Shown here piece by piece: positions 55,852 through 64,000 of a stretch of 64,000 nucleotides of DNA; position 1 is the stretch's first letter, and the number at the start of each line of letters is the position of its first letter. This DNA is from a virus (taxonomy: Duplodnaviria > Caudoviricetes). The position numbers were made by a program, and so were the translations under genes. Under the pieces are notes generated by a model that did no database searches, was not told where the DNA came from, and worked only from the letters and a program-made list of their open reading frames with translations. The stretch covers positions 1 through 64,000 of the IMG/VR virus record IMGVR_UViG_3300030330_006525, one strand, 5' to 3'.

Positions 55852-56183
55852 AAATCTCCAATTTCTGTTTCTAACATATCAAATATTGTATCCTTATCTT
55901 CTTCTGATAGTGTATATGATTTTTCATTATCTATGCCATCTTCTATTAATCTTCTAGTTGTTTTAATTTTCTGCTTTCCTTGTTTTGCTAATTCGTATTT
56001 ATACGAATCAATCATGTCAACCATTCTTATATCTTTATCAATATAACAACTAATCAAATATTGAAAGAATTGTTTTTGAGTTATCCCATCGTGCCTCAAC
56101 CTTACAATTAATTTAGCATGACGCTCATCTGTGTCTGCAAAAACAATCTTCTTTTCATTATCTCCGTAAGTTCTATAAGTCAT
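55848..56183 (-). CDS. hypothetical protein
   Basis: 111 aa, coupled to neighbours. Confidence 0.7.
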   Translation of the reverse strand: MTYRTYGDNEKKIVFADTDERHAKLIVRLRHDGITQKQFFQYLISCYIDKDIRMVDMIDSYKYELAKQGKQKIKTTRRLIEDGIDNEKSYTLSEEDKDTIFDMLETEIGDL

Positions 56184-57190
56184 TTCTTGTTCAAGATGTG
56201 TGTACGACTCTCGGCCAAGCCTGATATAGATTGACGAATAAATTGGGCTTTAGATTGAAGCTCAGCAATATTCCTGCAACCACTGTAAGAGAGGCCACTT
56301 CTGATATTTTGTCTTAAATTATCTAGGATGTTTATCACGCTACCCTTGTGAGGGATAGTGGTCGAAACACCCTCTAAGGACCTCGCTTCACCTCTCCAAT
56401 CCTTTTGAGCCTCAACACTAGCCATGCCTCTGTATACCTTGTATTGCTTTCCGTCAGCAGACACGAAAGACTCACCAGGAGATTCGTCTGTGCCAGCAAG
56501 TAGCGAACCCAACATAACAAAGTCTGCACCTGCAGCCAAAGACTTAACAATATCACCAGCAGACTTAATGCCACCATCAGCAATAATAGGCACATCACAA
56601 TCAGTTTGGGCGCAATCATATACTGACTGAAAGGTAGGCATACCATGACCTGTTTGAATCCTAGTAGAACATATAGAACCACCACCAATACCAATTCTAA
56701 CTGCGTCAGCACCCCACTCTGCTAAATCTTGATAACCTTCTGGTGTCGCAACGTTTCCAGCTATAATTGATACCTCATCTCCAAAGTTCGACTTTAATAG
56801 TTTGATTGTATTCTTCATAAGAGTATGGTGTCCATGAGCTATATCAACACACATAACTCTTACTCCTGCATCGTATAGCTTCCATGCCCTGTCCTCAAAG
56901 TCACCGGAGGCTCCAACTGCAGCACCGACAACTCTAAGTTCAGAATCCTTAACTATGTCGCATTGTTCTTCAATAGTGTTATACCTGTGTATAATTCCCA
57001 AGCCTCCTCTTTCATACATCACACCAGCCATTTCAGCTTCTGTAACTGTATCCATGGGACTAGAAATAATTGGCAAACTAAAGTTTGTATTGCCTATCTT
57101 TCCAGATAAGTCAACTTCGCTTCTAGACTTAATATCACTAGACTGCGGCACTAATAATACATCATCAAACGCCAAAGCTCTTTTAAACAT
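56180..57190 (-). CDS. IMP dehydrogenase/GMP reductase family protein (no CBS domains)
   Basis: [39 protein letters not shown]. Confidence 0.92.
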   Translation of the reverse strand: MFKRALAFDDVLLVPQSSDIKSRSEVDLSGKIGNTNFSLPIISSPMDTVTEAEMAGVMYERGGLGIIHRYNTIEEQCDIVKDSELRVVGAAVGASGDFEDRAWKLYDAGVRVMCVDIAHGHHTLMKNTIKLLKSNFGDEVSIIAGNVATPEGYQDLAEWGADAVRIGIGGGSICSTRIQTGHGMPTFQSVYDCAQTDCDVPIIADGGIKSAGDIVKSLAAGADFVMLGSLLAGTDESPGESFVSADGKQYKVYRGMASVEAQKDWRGEARSLEGVSTTIPHKGSVINILDNLRQNIRSGLSYSGCRNIAELQSKAQFIRQSISGLAESRTHILNKK

Positions 57191-57413
57191 CTTCCCTCTC
57201 CATACAATCTGGACACAACAAATCTACTCTTTGTTCATCCTGATATACTTTTACAACCCATTTCATAGCCATTTGTTTATCCTTTTTATTATATTCTTTT
57301 CCACAAGCATAACATTGCTCGGGCAATAACTCAAACATATTAATCTGTTCTTGCATCTTTTTCTCAAGATTCTTCTTCTTCTTTCTTCGCAATTTTCTAG
57401 AAGCTGATGTCAC
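57183..57413 (-). CDS. small Zn-ribbon protein
   Basis: CYAC..CPDC. Confidence 0.7.
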   Translation of the reverse strand: MTSASRKLRRKKKKNLEKKMQEQINMFELLPEQCYACGKEYNKKDKQMAMKWVVKVYQDEQRVDLLCPDCMEREDV

Positions 57414-57862
57414 TAGAAGATACCTGTAGATCCAAAACCACCGTCACCTCTGTCGGTTTCAGTGCCATAAACATTGTCTTCCCCAATCTCTTCAACTTCT
57501 GGAGTTTCAATAGGGACCATCACTGCTTGTGCTAGCTTTTGGCCAGGTTCTATTACTTTGACGGTGTTGCCGATATTGTGTAAGTTAACGAACACTTCAC
57601 CATCATAACCACTGTCAACAACACAGGCCCCAACAACAAGCTGCTGTTTATACGCAACACCTGATTTATTCTTAATCTCAAGCATATATCCAGGCGGTAC
57701 TCCAATCTTTAGACCAGTGGCAAACAACTCTGTATTACCAGGATATACATTCTTAGGTTCATTGTTTTCTGGACAAAAGAACAAATCCATTCCTGCATCT
57801 GTTGGATGTGCTCGCACTGGTAGTTTTGAATTTTCTCTAACTCTAAACACTTTAAGTCTCAT
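57413..57862 (-). CDS. dut: trimeric dUTPase
   Basis: AGMDL, KSG, VVDSGYDGE, AQ, RGDGGFGSTG. Confidence 0.95.
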   Translation of the reverse strand: MRLKVFRVRENSKLPVRAHPTDAGMDLFFCPENNEPKNVYPGNTELFATGLKIGVPPGYMLEIKNKSGVAYKQQLVVGACVVDSGYDGEVFVNLHNIGNTVKVIEPGQKLAQAVMVPIETPEVEEIGEDNVYGTETDRGDGGFGSTGIF

Positions 57863-57900
57863 ATTGTTTCCTTTCTTGTATTATAATATAACTTAATGAT

Positions 57901-60900
57901 TTAAGCAAGTAATTTAAATGTTTTTCTGAACGCTCTTGAGCTGAAACCCCATTGTGCATTCCAATCAAGTTTCGCCATATATGGACGGTTGATAAAGATT
58001 CTATCCTTTTCAGGATTAACTCCCCAACACTTTATTGTTCTAAGCTCAGAATTAGAATCAATCACATGAACAATAAAGAAGTCTTTACCTTTCTTTGTTT
58101 TCTTTTTGATAACTTCTCTTGGAATAAACCAAGCAACCTTCAACATATTATCAAACTCACTGATGGGAGGAATGTGCAGCTCCTCTAATTTTTGCAACAA
58201 CTTATCATTCACAACCTTCTGCAAAGGGAAAAGGCCAGTTAAATCAACTAGATACTGAATCTTCTCTTCTTCTGTGAAGTCTCCTTCATCTTGATAGTCT
58301 TCGATATTTTGAGTTAGATTCTTTTCTTTTCTTGGTCTATCAACAGCAATTGCAGACCAAAAATGTTTGAGGCCTGTGAACCTATCATCAACTAAACAAT
58401 TTAATGCTTGACTTCTGGTCAGTACGTCTAACGCCTTCTTGTTCAGTTTACTGTAAACTATCTCTTCATGAAACAAGAAGTCCTCTATCTTGTGAAAGGG
58501 TCGATAGCTCAGTATTTGTTCAATAGCTTTTTCTCCCAAGCCCTTAATAGAAGTCAATGGCTGTATCAATGTTTTACCATCATCACTAATCTCCCAAGTA
58601 ACTCCAGAAGTATTGATGTTTAATCTAGCAATCTTAAAGTTAAAGCTCTTGGCTAAGTTAATTGCTTTTTCTTTTCTGCTGTCTGGTTCCTTATCTAAGA
58701 ATGCAGCCATCCATTCTGATGGATAGTAGTTAAACAACCAAGCACATTGATAGGATAGAACACAATAAGAAACAGCATGAGACTTGTTAAAACCATAGCC
58801 TGAAAAGTATTCAAACTTATCCCACATCTCTTTTGCTTGCCACTTCTGTAAGCCCTTCTCAACACAGCCATCACAAAACTTTTGCCATATCTTATCTTTC
58901 TGCTCTTGCACTTCACCAGTGCCCTTCTTTGTCAATAACTTTCTTAGCTTGTTCCCTTCATCTAGAGAAAGGTTCTTGCCTAACTTGTGAGCAAGCATAG
59001 CAATCTGCTCTTGAAAAATAAGGAATCCGTATGTCTCTTCTGTTACTTCCCGAACAATTTCGTTGAGATACTCAACATCTTCCGGATTACGTTTGGCATC
59101 AATGTATATCTTATCCACTCCAGCCGAGAGAGGACCAGGACGATAGATACTAGTAATAGCAGCCAAATCAATGATATTGTCTGGCTTAGCTCTTTTGCAG
59201 AAGCTTTGAGCGCCAGCTTCTGTGAACTGAAATATTCCTGCCCATTTTCCTTCATGAAATATATTCTCCCATACTTCTCTATTATTTAAGTCCAGCTTTT
59301 CTGGATCAAGATTCTCATCATAATACTTCTTAATGTCCTCAAACGTTGGATTCTCAACATTGTGATGTCGTCTAAGAATGTGGCTGATACAGTCCTCAAC
59401 CATTCTAAGAGATGCAAGACCCAAAATATCAAACTTAATAAAGCCCATTGGCTCAAGGTGTCGAACGTTTTGGCCCTCTGACCATGGAGTTTGTCTAACG
59501 CCACCACTATTAATTATAGGCATCCATTCATTCAAGTTCTCACCGACTACAACACCACCGGCATGACGACTGGCTGAACGTACTTGCCCATAAAGAGCTT
59601 CAATGTGAGTTTTGATGTGAGGATACTTATCAAGGAACTCAATCAAAGTCTTTGAGTATATCATAAGTTCCTCAAAGGTTGGAGTATAAACCCCAGCTGT
59701 AATACCGTGCGCCTGCTTTGCAAGTGGTGTGGCTTCATAAAACATTCGGTTTGTAACTGAATTAACCTCTGTGAATGGAACACCATAAAACTTTGAGATG
59801 TCCTTAACCAAAGAGCGCAATTGCAAAGTATTCCAGTTGGTTATAGGAACAACTGTATTGTCACCCCACTCTTTAATAAGCTGTTCTTTAAGTGTCATTG
59901 GGTCCGAAACATCGTAATCGATATCAGGATAGCCAGAACCACCTTTTGTTAAAAAACGCTCAAATTGTAGGTCGTAACGGATGGGGTCTATCTGGGTAAT
60001 ACCCAAGGCATAGGACACTAGAGAACCCGCCGCAGAGCCCCGTCCTGGGCCTACCAACTGCCTATCTAGGGCTCTATCTGAGATAGCTTTCATAGTCAGA
60101 AAGTACTTGCTGAAACCTCTTTCTTCAATAACTGCAACCTCATATTTAAGCCTTTCGATATAGTTCTTTTTATTAATAAAACCACGACGTCTGGCACCTT
60201 CAATAGACATTTGAACAAGAGCTGAACCAGCAGTGTGTCCTTCTGGAACTACAAAGTCTGGAAGACGAACTGTATCATCAGGCAGAAAAGTATCTATCAT
60301 ATTATGAGCAATGTCATATGTGTTTGTGATAGACTTCATTACCAGTTCGTCATCGTAATCTGCTTTAACTTCTTTTGAGTATTTCTTGTAAGACTCCCAC
60401 ATCTGGTCGCCATTCTTTGGGTACAATTCATAACCAACTTCATCAACAGAAATAGGAAGCTCGTCTGTCATCCACTCTGGTTTGCTTTTGCCCAAGAAAC
60501 CAAGGCGTTTGTAAAGCTCTCTGTCTTTCCACGCTTCTGGGCTATAGTAGTGACTATCTGCAGTGGAGATTAATCTAATACCAAATTCACGATGCATCTG
60601 GATTATATACCTGTTTAGTTCGTGTTGCTCCGGAGCACTGTTCCACTGCAATTCACCAAACCACCGGTCACCAAAAATGTTGACCATGTTTTGGGTTACT
60701 TCTCTCATTGCTTCAACAATGGCGTCGGGACCTGAGTCTCTGTTTTCCCAATAACATCCGGCATATACACCACCCAAACAAGCACTAGCAGCAATGACAC
60801 CTTCGCTGTGCTTCTTAAGATCTTTATAATCAATTCTAGGAAACCTATAGAAGTTATCATTGCTGTAAGATTTCGAGACTAGCTTAAATATATTCTTTAG

Positions 60901-61302
60901 ACCAGTCTGGTTTTGTGCTAAAAGAATTAGATGGCGACGACGATTAAGAAGACTTTTAATAGCCTTCTTTGATTCACCCTCGTCTTCAACCACAGTACCA
61001 TTTACTTTATCTTTCTTAGAAGATTTATTTTCTTCGTACTGCTCTTTCCATTTGTGCAGAGAAGGAATAAAGTAAGCCTCTAAACCAAAAATAGGCTTGA
61101 ACTTCTTGCCCTCTTTTTGCATCTTCTTTGCATGCAAAACCTGATAGGCTAAACCATTACAGTTACCATGGTCAGTAAGTGCCAAAGCGTCCATTCCATT
61201 TTCATATGCAAAATCCATGTGGTCCTGTGGATAACCCAATGCATCGAACAAAGAACCAGCGACTGAATGGGCATGAAGCCCGACAAAAGGTATACTACTC
61301 AA
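57901..61302 (-). CDS. dnaE: DNA polymerase III alpha subunit (family C)
   Basis: PHP motifs LHAHS and ALTDHG; GPGRGSAAGS, PDIDYD, SRHAGG, KFDILGL, YGFNKSH. Confidence 0.96.
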   Translation of the reverse strand: MSSIPFVGLHAHSVAGSLFDALGYPQDHMDFAYENGMDALALTDHGNCNGLAYQVLHAKKMQKEGKKFKPIFGLEAYFIPSLHKWKEQYEENKSSKKDKVNGTVVEDEGESKKAIKSLLNRRRHLILLAQNQTGLKNIFKLVSKSYSNDNFYRFPRIDYKDLKKHSEGVIAASACLGGVYAGCYWENRDSGPDAIVEAMREVTQNMVNIFGDRWFGELQWNSAPEQHELNRYIIQMHREFGIRLISTADSHYYSPEAWKDRELYKRLGFLGKSKPEWMTDELPISVDEVGYELYPKNGDQMWESYKKYSKEVKADYDDELVMKSITNTYDIAHNMIDTFLPDDTVRLPDFVVPEGHTAGSALVQMSIEGARRRGFINKKNYIERLKYEVAVIEERGFSKYFLTMKAISDRALDRQLVGPGRGSAAGSLVSYALGITQIDPIRYDLQFERFLTKGGSGYPDIDYDVSDPMTLKEQLIKEWGDNTVVPITNWNTLQLRSLVKDISKFYGVPFTEVNSVTNRMFYEATPLAKQAHGITAGVYTPTFEELMIYSKTLIEFLDKYPHIKTHIEALYGQVRSASRHAGGVVVGENLNEWMPIINSGGVRQTPWSEGQNVRHLEPMGFIKFDILGLASLRMVEDCISHILRRHHNVENPTFEDIKKYYDENLDPEKLDLNNREVWENIFHEGKWAGIFQFTEAGAQSFCKRAKPDNIIDLAAITSIYRPGPLSAGVDKIYIDAKRNPEDVEYLNEIVREVTEETYGFLIFQEQIAMLAHKLGKNLSLDEGNKLRKLLTKKGTGEVQEQKDKIWQKFCDGCVEKGLQKWQAKEMWDKFEYFSGYGFNKSHAVSYCVLSYQCAWLFNYYPSEWMAAFLDKEPDSRKEKAINLAKSFNFKIARLNINTSGVTWEISDDGKTLIQPLTSIKGLGEKAIEQILSYRPFHKIEDFLFHEEIVYSKLNKKALDVLTRSQALNCLVDDRFTGLKHFWSAIAVDRPRKEKNLTQNIEDYQDEGDFTEEEKIQYLVDLTGLFPLQKVVNDKLLQKLEELHIPPISEFDNMLKVAWFIPREVIKKKTKKGKDFFIVHVIDSNSELRTIKCWGVNPEKDRIFINRPYMAKLDWNAQWGFSSRAFRKTFKLLA

Positions 61303-62107
61303 AACTTATTCTCCCATACTTCTTTCTTTGAAATTGAACTGACGGACGTTTTAAAGGATTGTTGTTGATGCCTTGAACCCAAGATTCCCAAGTTTCGAGA
61401 TTGTAGTACCAATCAACTTCCAAACGTTCATCTTTATTAATATTATCACAAATAAATATTTTGGCAAGTGTTAAATCGCTACTATCCTTAAATTTTTTTT
61501 TCAATTGATAAACATAATTTTTCCATTGTTCAGGGGTTATCGTGAAGCCCAAGTAACAGTCGTCCGAAACTGTTTTGTCTTGATAGGATATAAAGAATCT
61601 TTCTGATGTTCTTATTCTATCGCGGTGCTTTAAAACACATTCTGGATTGTAAATCCCAAACGGAAAAGCAACATAATATTTTGTTGGCATGGTCCATTTT
61701 GAAATGCGACTGCAGCACATGAAGCTTGTTAGCGCACCATGAAGAACACTCCAGCCGTAGCTAGACCTGCGGTCTCTATCGCGAGGATGTATTGGTACAT
61801 AGAATATAGGAACCTTTTTTCTGTTATCATCTGGATATCTAGTAAACTTTGCTTTATCATAATTAACTGGGTCATAAACCCATTCTCCTATTTGCTTTTT
61901 TATAAGTGGCTGAAAGTCGTCTTCGCATACAATCCATATTGTTTTTGCGCCGGCACATGCACACTCCCAAACCGCTCTTTCAACTGCTGTAAAATCTGGG
62001 CCGACAGGCGTTAAGCAGTCATGCCATTGAAAGTTTAGCTTGCACTCATAATTAGATACCGGAACTATTCCTGCAATGTGGAAGTTGTTATTGGACTCTT
62101 CAATCAT
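61295..62107 (-). CDS. degenerate NTP-transferase-fold protein
   Basis: AGIVP..ERAVWECACAGAKTIWIV. Confidence 0.55.
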   Translation of the reverse strand: MIEESNNNFHIAGIVPVSNYECKLNFQWHDCLTPVGPDFTAVERAVWECACAGAKTIWIVCEDDFQPLIKKQIGEWVYDPVNYDKAKFTRYPDDNRKKVPIFYVPIHPRDRDRRSSYGWSVLHGALTSFMCCSRISKWTMPTKYYVAFPFGIYNPECVLKHRDRIRTSERFFISYQDKTVSDDCYLGFTITPEQWKNYVYQLKKKFKDSSDLTLAKIFICDNINKDERLEVDWYYNLETWESWVQGINNNPLKRPSVQFQRKKYGRISFE

Positions 62108-62768
62108 AAAACTTGATTTTTTTACTGTTCTTGTACTTTGGTTTGTTTGATAGCTTCTTTTCTCTTTTGACAGATTCTAATTTAATAATCTCTGCATATT
62201 CATCTGATAAATATTCCTCACAATAAAACTTAACCATCGTTAAGCAATATTCAAAATCATTTATAAATTTTGACGGGACCTTAGATTTAACAACAATGTC
62301 CTTGAAATTAGGATCATAATCTACTCTGTTCGATTTGTAAAATATAATTTCGCCAATAAAAGAATCGGATATCTTTATAGAATCAACGTCTGAAAAGTCT
62401 GTACCCTGCTTAACTTCAAGCCAATCTATGGTTGTAAATACACTGTTATCGTGACTGATTAATTGGTTGTCTTCAACAACTAAGTTATCATAATCAAATA
62501 TATGACATTCACTATACTCATATTTGTAGTTCCCCATTTTAGAATTTACTTTAATAAACTCTTCAGTTATACGAATAGTGTCTATCTCGCCATGATATAT
62601 ATCTCGACCTGAAAGGCCTAAATGAAACAGCTTCTTATGCCATGCTTCTTTGTGTTTCTCATAGATTGATGGACTAACTGCTGTGTTTCTTATAAGAGAT
62701 GCTTGTTCTTTCTCCACAAACTCTAATGATTTTAAGGAGTTACCAATTACAACTTTTTCTAAAAACAT
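62100..62768 (-). CDS. hypothetical protein (start corrected to MFLEKVVIG)
   Basis: Corrected start overlaps the upstream stop. Confidence 0.6.
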   Translation of the reverse strand: MFLEKVVIGNSLKSLEFVEKEQASLIRNTAVSPSIYEKHKEAWHKKLFHLGLSGRDIYHGEIDTIRITEEFIKVNSKMGNYKYEYSECHIFDYDNLVVEDNQLISHDNSVFTTIDWLEVKQGTDFSDVDSIKISDSFIGEIIFYKSNRVDYDPNFKDIVVKSKVPSKFINDFEYCLTMVKFYCEEYLSDEYAEIIKLESVKREKKLSNKPKYKNSKKIKFYD

Positions 62769-64000
62769 AAAAGTAACTGGTAATTGTAGTGATAACTGGC
62801 TGTATAAAGTGCGGCGTCCTGTGGTTCGTACTGTGCTTGCTCCTCCTCTGCAGGACCCAAACAAGCCTCATCGATAATGGACATCAAGTTTTCATACATT
62901 TGGTTTTGATTCCATGTTAACTCAAACTCGCTACCTCCAGTTTCATTTGCCCATTGTGCCCAGTTACCAGAGTTGTATGAAGTTATAAAGGTATAGAGCT
63001 TAAATCTTGTTATACCTGCCAAAGTATGACTTATTACTTCCGGGCCAATTTCCGGACGCAACCATGATTGGTCTGGTTCGTCAGAAAAGACAATTACAAT
63101 CTTGTCTACATTCTCTCTCCAGTTAATCTTAAACTCATCCTTGCTAGGTGTTGATGCGGTATTACAGCACCAATCAACTACGCCGACATTAAAAATAGCA
63201 TTTGAAGAAATATCTTTCACAGATAAGTATAGAGCATCTCTAAGCATTTCGGTGCTTGTATCCATTCTATCTGAATTTAAAGCAGCAAAAGCTGACAAGA
63301 AATCTTCGAAAGGCGCGATATCTGAAATTAAATATAGCCTTTCCCTTTCCATGTCGTCTGACCTTGGGCCAACAACCAAGCCCCATTGTAGCTTACCTTC
63401 ATCTTGAAACTGGGATGCAAACCTGTTTAGCGCTGAACGGACAGCAGCTATTTCGTCGTCCATAGAGCCAGACCAATCAATGATAAACAAGATATCCGTA
63501 TCTTTAATCTCTTCCCCATAGTCTGTTACACCGTCGCAATCGTTGTCGGCTGCATCACAAACCTCTTGAGATGGAACGATTTCATCTTTACAGAGGTCTC
63601 TCTGAAAGTTGTCCCATCTGTCCATATTGCCCCATTGACCTTGGTTACATATCATGCTCCCAGCCTTACAAACTCCAACATCCAGAGTTTCACTTGGTCC
63701 AGTATAACAAGCAACCAGTAATTCTTCGTCAACAGACTGGTCGCAATCTTCATCAAAATTATTGCAGATTTCATTTTGAACTTCCATACCTGCATATTGG
63801 TCGCACTCTTGGTCTGCCAGTGTAGCTAGCTGAGCACAGAGAGCAAGACACTCGGACATAGTTAAGCTGGTACATTCAGGTGGGTCATTGCACTCGCAGG
63901 TTTTAAATCCCTGGCCACATCTTAGTGGTGGTTCAGAACAAGGTATTAAAACCCCTACGTCCTGTACTGTACACTCGCAATTGAGACCCTCATCAATTAG
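62759..64000 (-). CDS. Cys-rich repeat (myxobacterial ECNxxDxDCDG type) plus vWA protein; 5' end lies beyond the window
   Basis: EICNNFDEDCD, EVCDAADNDCDG; IDWSGSM MIDAS; frame open to 64000. Confidence 0.85.
   Translation of the reverse strand, partial: LIDEGLNCECTVQDVGVLIPCSEPPLRCGQGFKTCECNDPPECTSLTMSECLALCAQLATLADQECDQYAGMEVQNEICNNFDEDCDQSVDEELLVACYTGPSETLDVGVCKAGSMICNQGQWGNMDRWDNFQRDLCKDEIVPSQEVCDAADNDCDGVTDYGEEIKDTDILFIIDWSGSMDDEIAAVRSALNRFASQFQDEGKLQWGLVVGPRSDDMERERLYLISDIAPFEDFLSAFAALNSDRMDTSTEMLRDALYLSVKDISSNAIFNVGVVDWCCNTASTPSKDEFKINWRENVDKIVIVFSDEPDQSWLRPEIGPEVISHTLAGITRFKLYTFITSYNSGNWAQWANETGGSEFELTWNQNQMYENLMSIIDEACLGPAEEEQAQYEPQDAALYTASYHYNYQLLLCF

Noticed and set aside
57901-61302. 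Intein or intron in dnaE
   Set aside because: Length (1133 aa) and motif spacing are normal; no splice-junction or LAGLIDADG motifs seen

Overview
A 64-kb segment of a large, AT-rich lytic dsDNA (jumbo-type) phage genome. Almost all genes are on the minus strand in the standard genetic code. Myxobacteria-style Cys-rich repeat proteins and lipoproteins, and tRNAs that all read A-N-A codons, suggest a GC-rich host such as Myxococcota (inference). Three zones are visible. (i) 1-23.6 kb: mostly late-type genes behind a CTAnTTA motif. Many start with a shared leader (MKLIMENWRKF..E or MxKxxLxxIIxEE) resembling capsid-targeting/prohead-protease propeptides. This zone also holds PhoH, IscU/IscA, a compact tmRNA preceded by a 22-aa 9-Cys micropeptide, a eukaryote-type phosphomannomutase, PurA and an RNA-ligase-like/HIGH-NTase fusion. 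(ii) 23.7-29.2 kb: a GC-richer island of small genes, many with their own near-consensus sigma70 promoter. It is bracketed by CCTACATGTAGG palindromes (candidate terminal repeat/host-takeover module) and contains a candidate ~230-nt structured ncRNA. (iii) 29.2-64 kb: middle/replication genes (DnaE, dUTPase, IMPDH/GMPR, TK, UvsE, MoxR-vWA, GroEL, ClpP, Hsp20, SlyD, glutaredoxin) and four tRNAs (Lys-TTT, Arg-TCT, Ile-TAT, Thr-TGT). This zone also carries ~20 small 'KxGDLV' beta-barrel paralogs, including a head-to-tail array joined by a conserved 25-bp junction that is SD, start codon and upstream stop codon at once. All calls come from motif recognition by eye; no searches were run.
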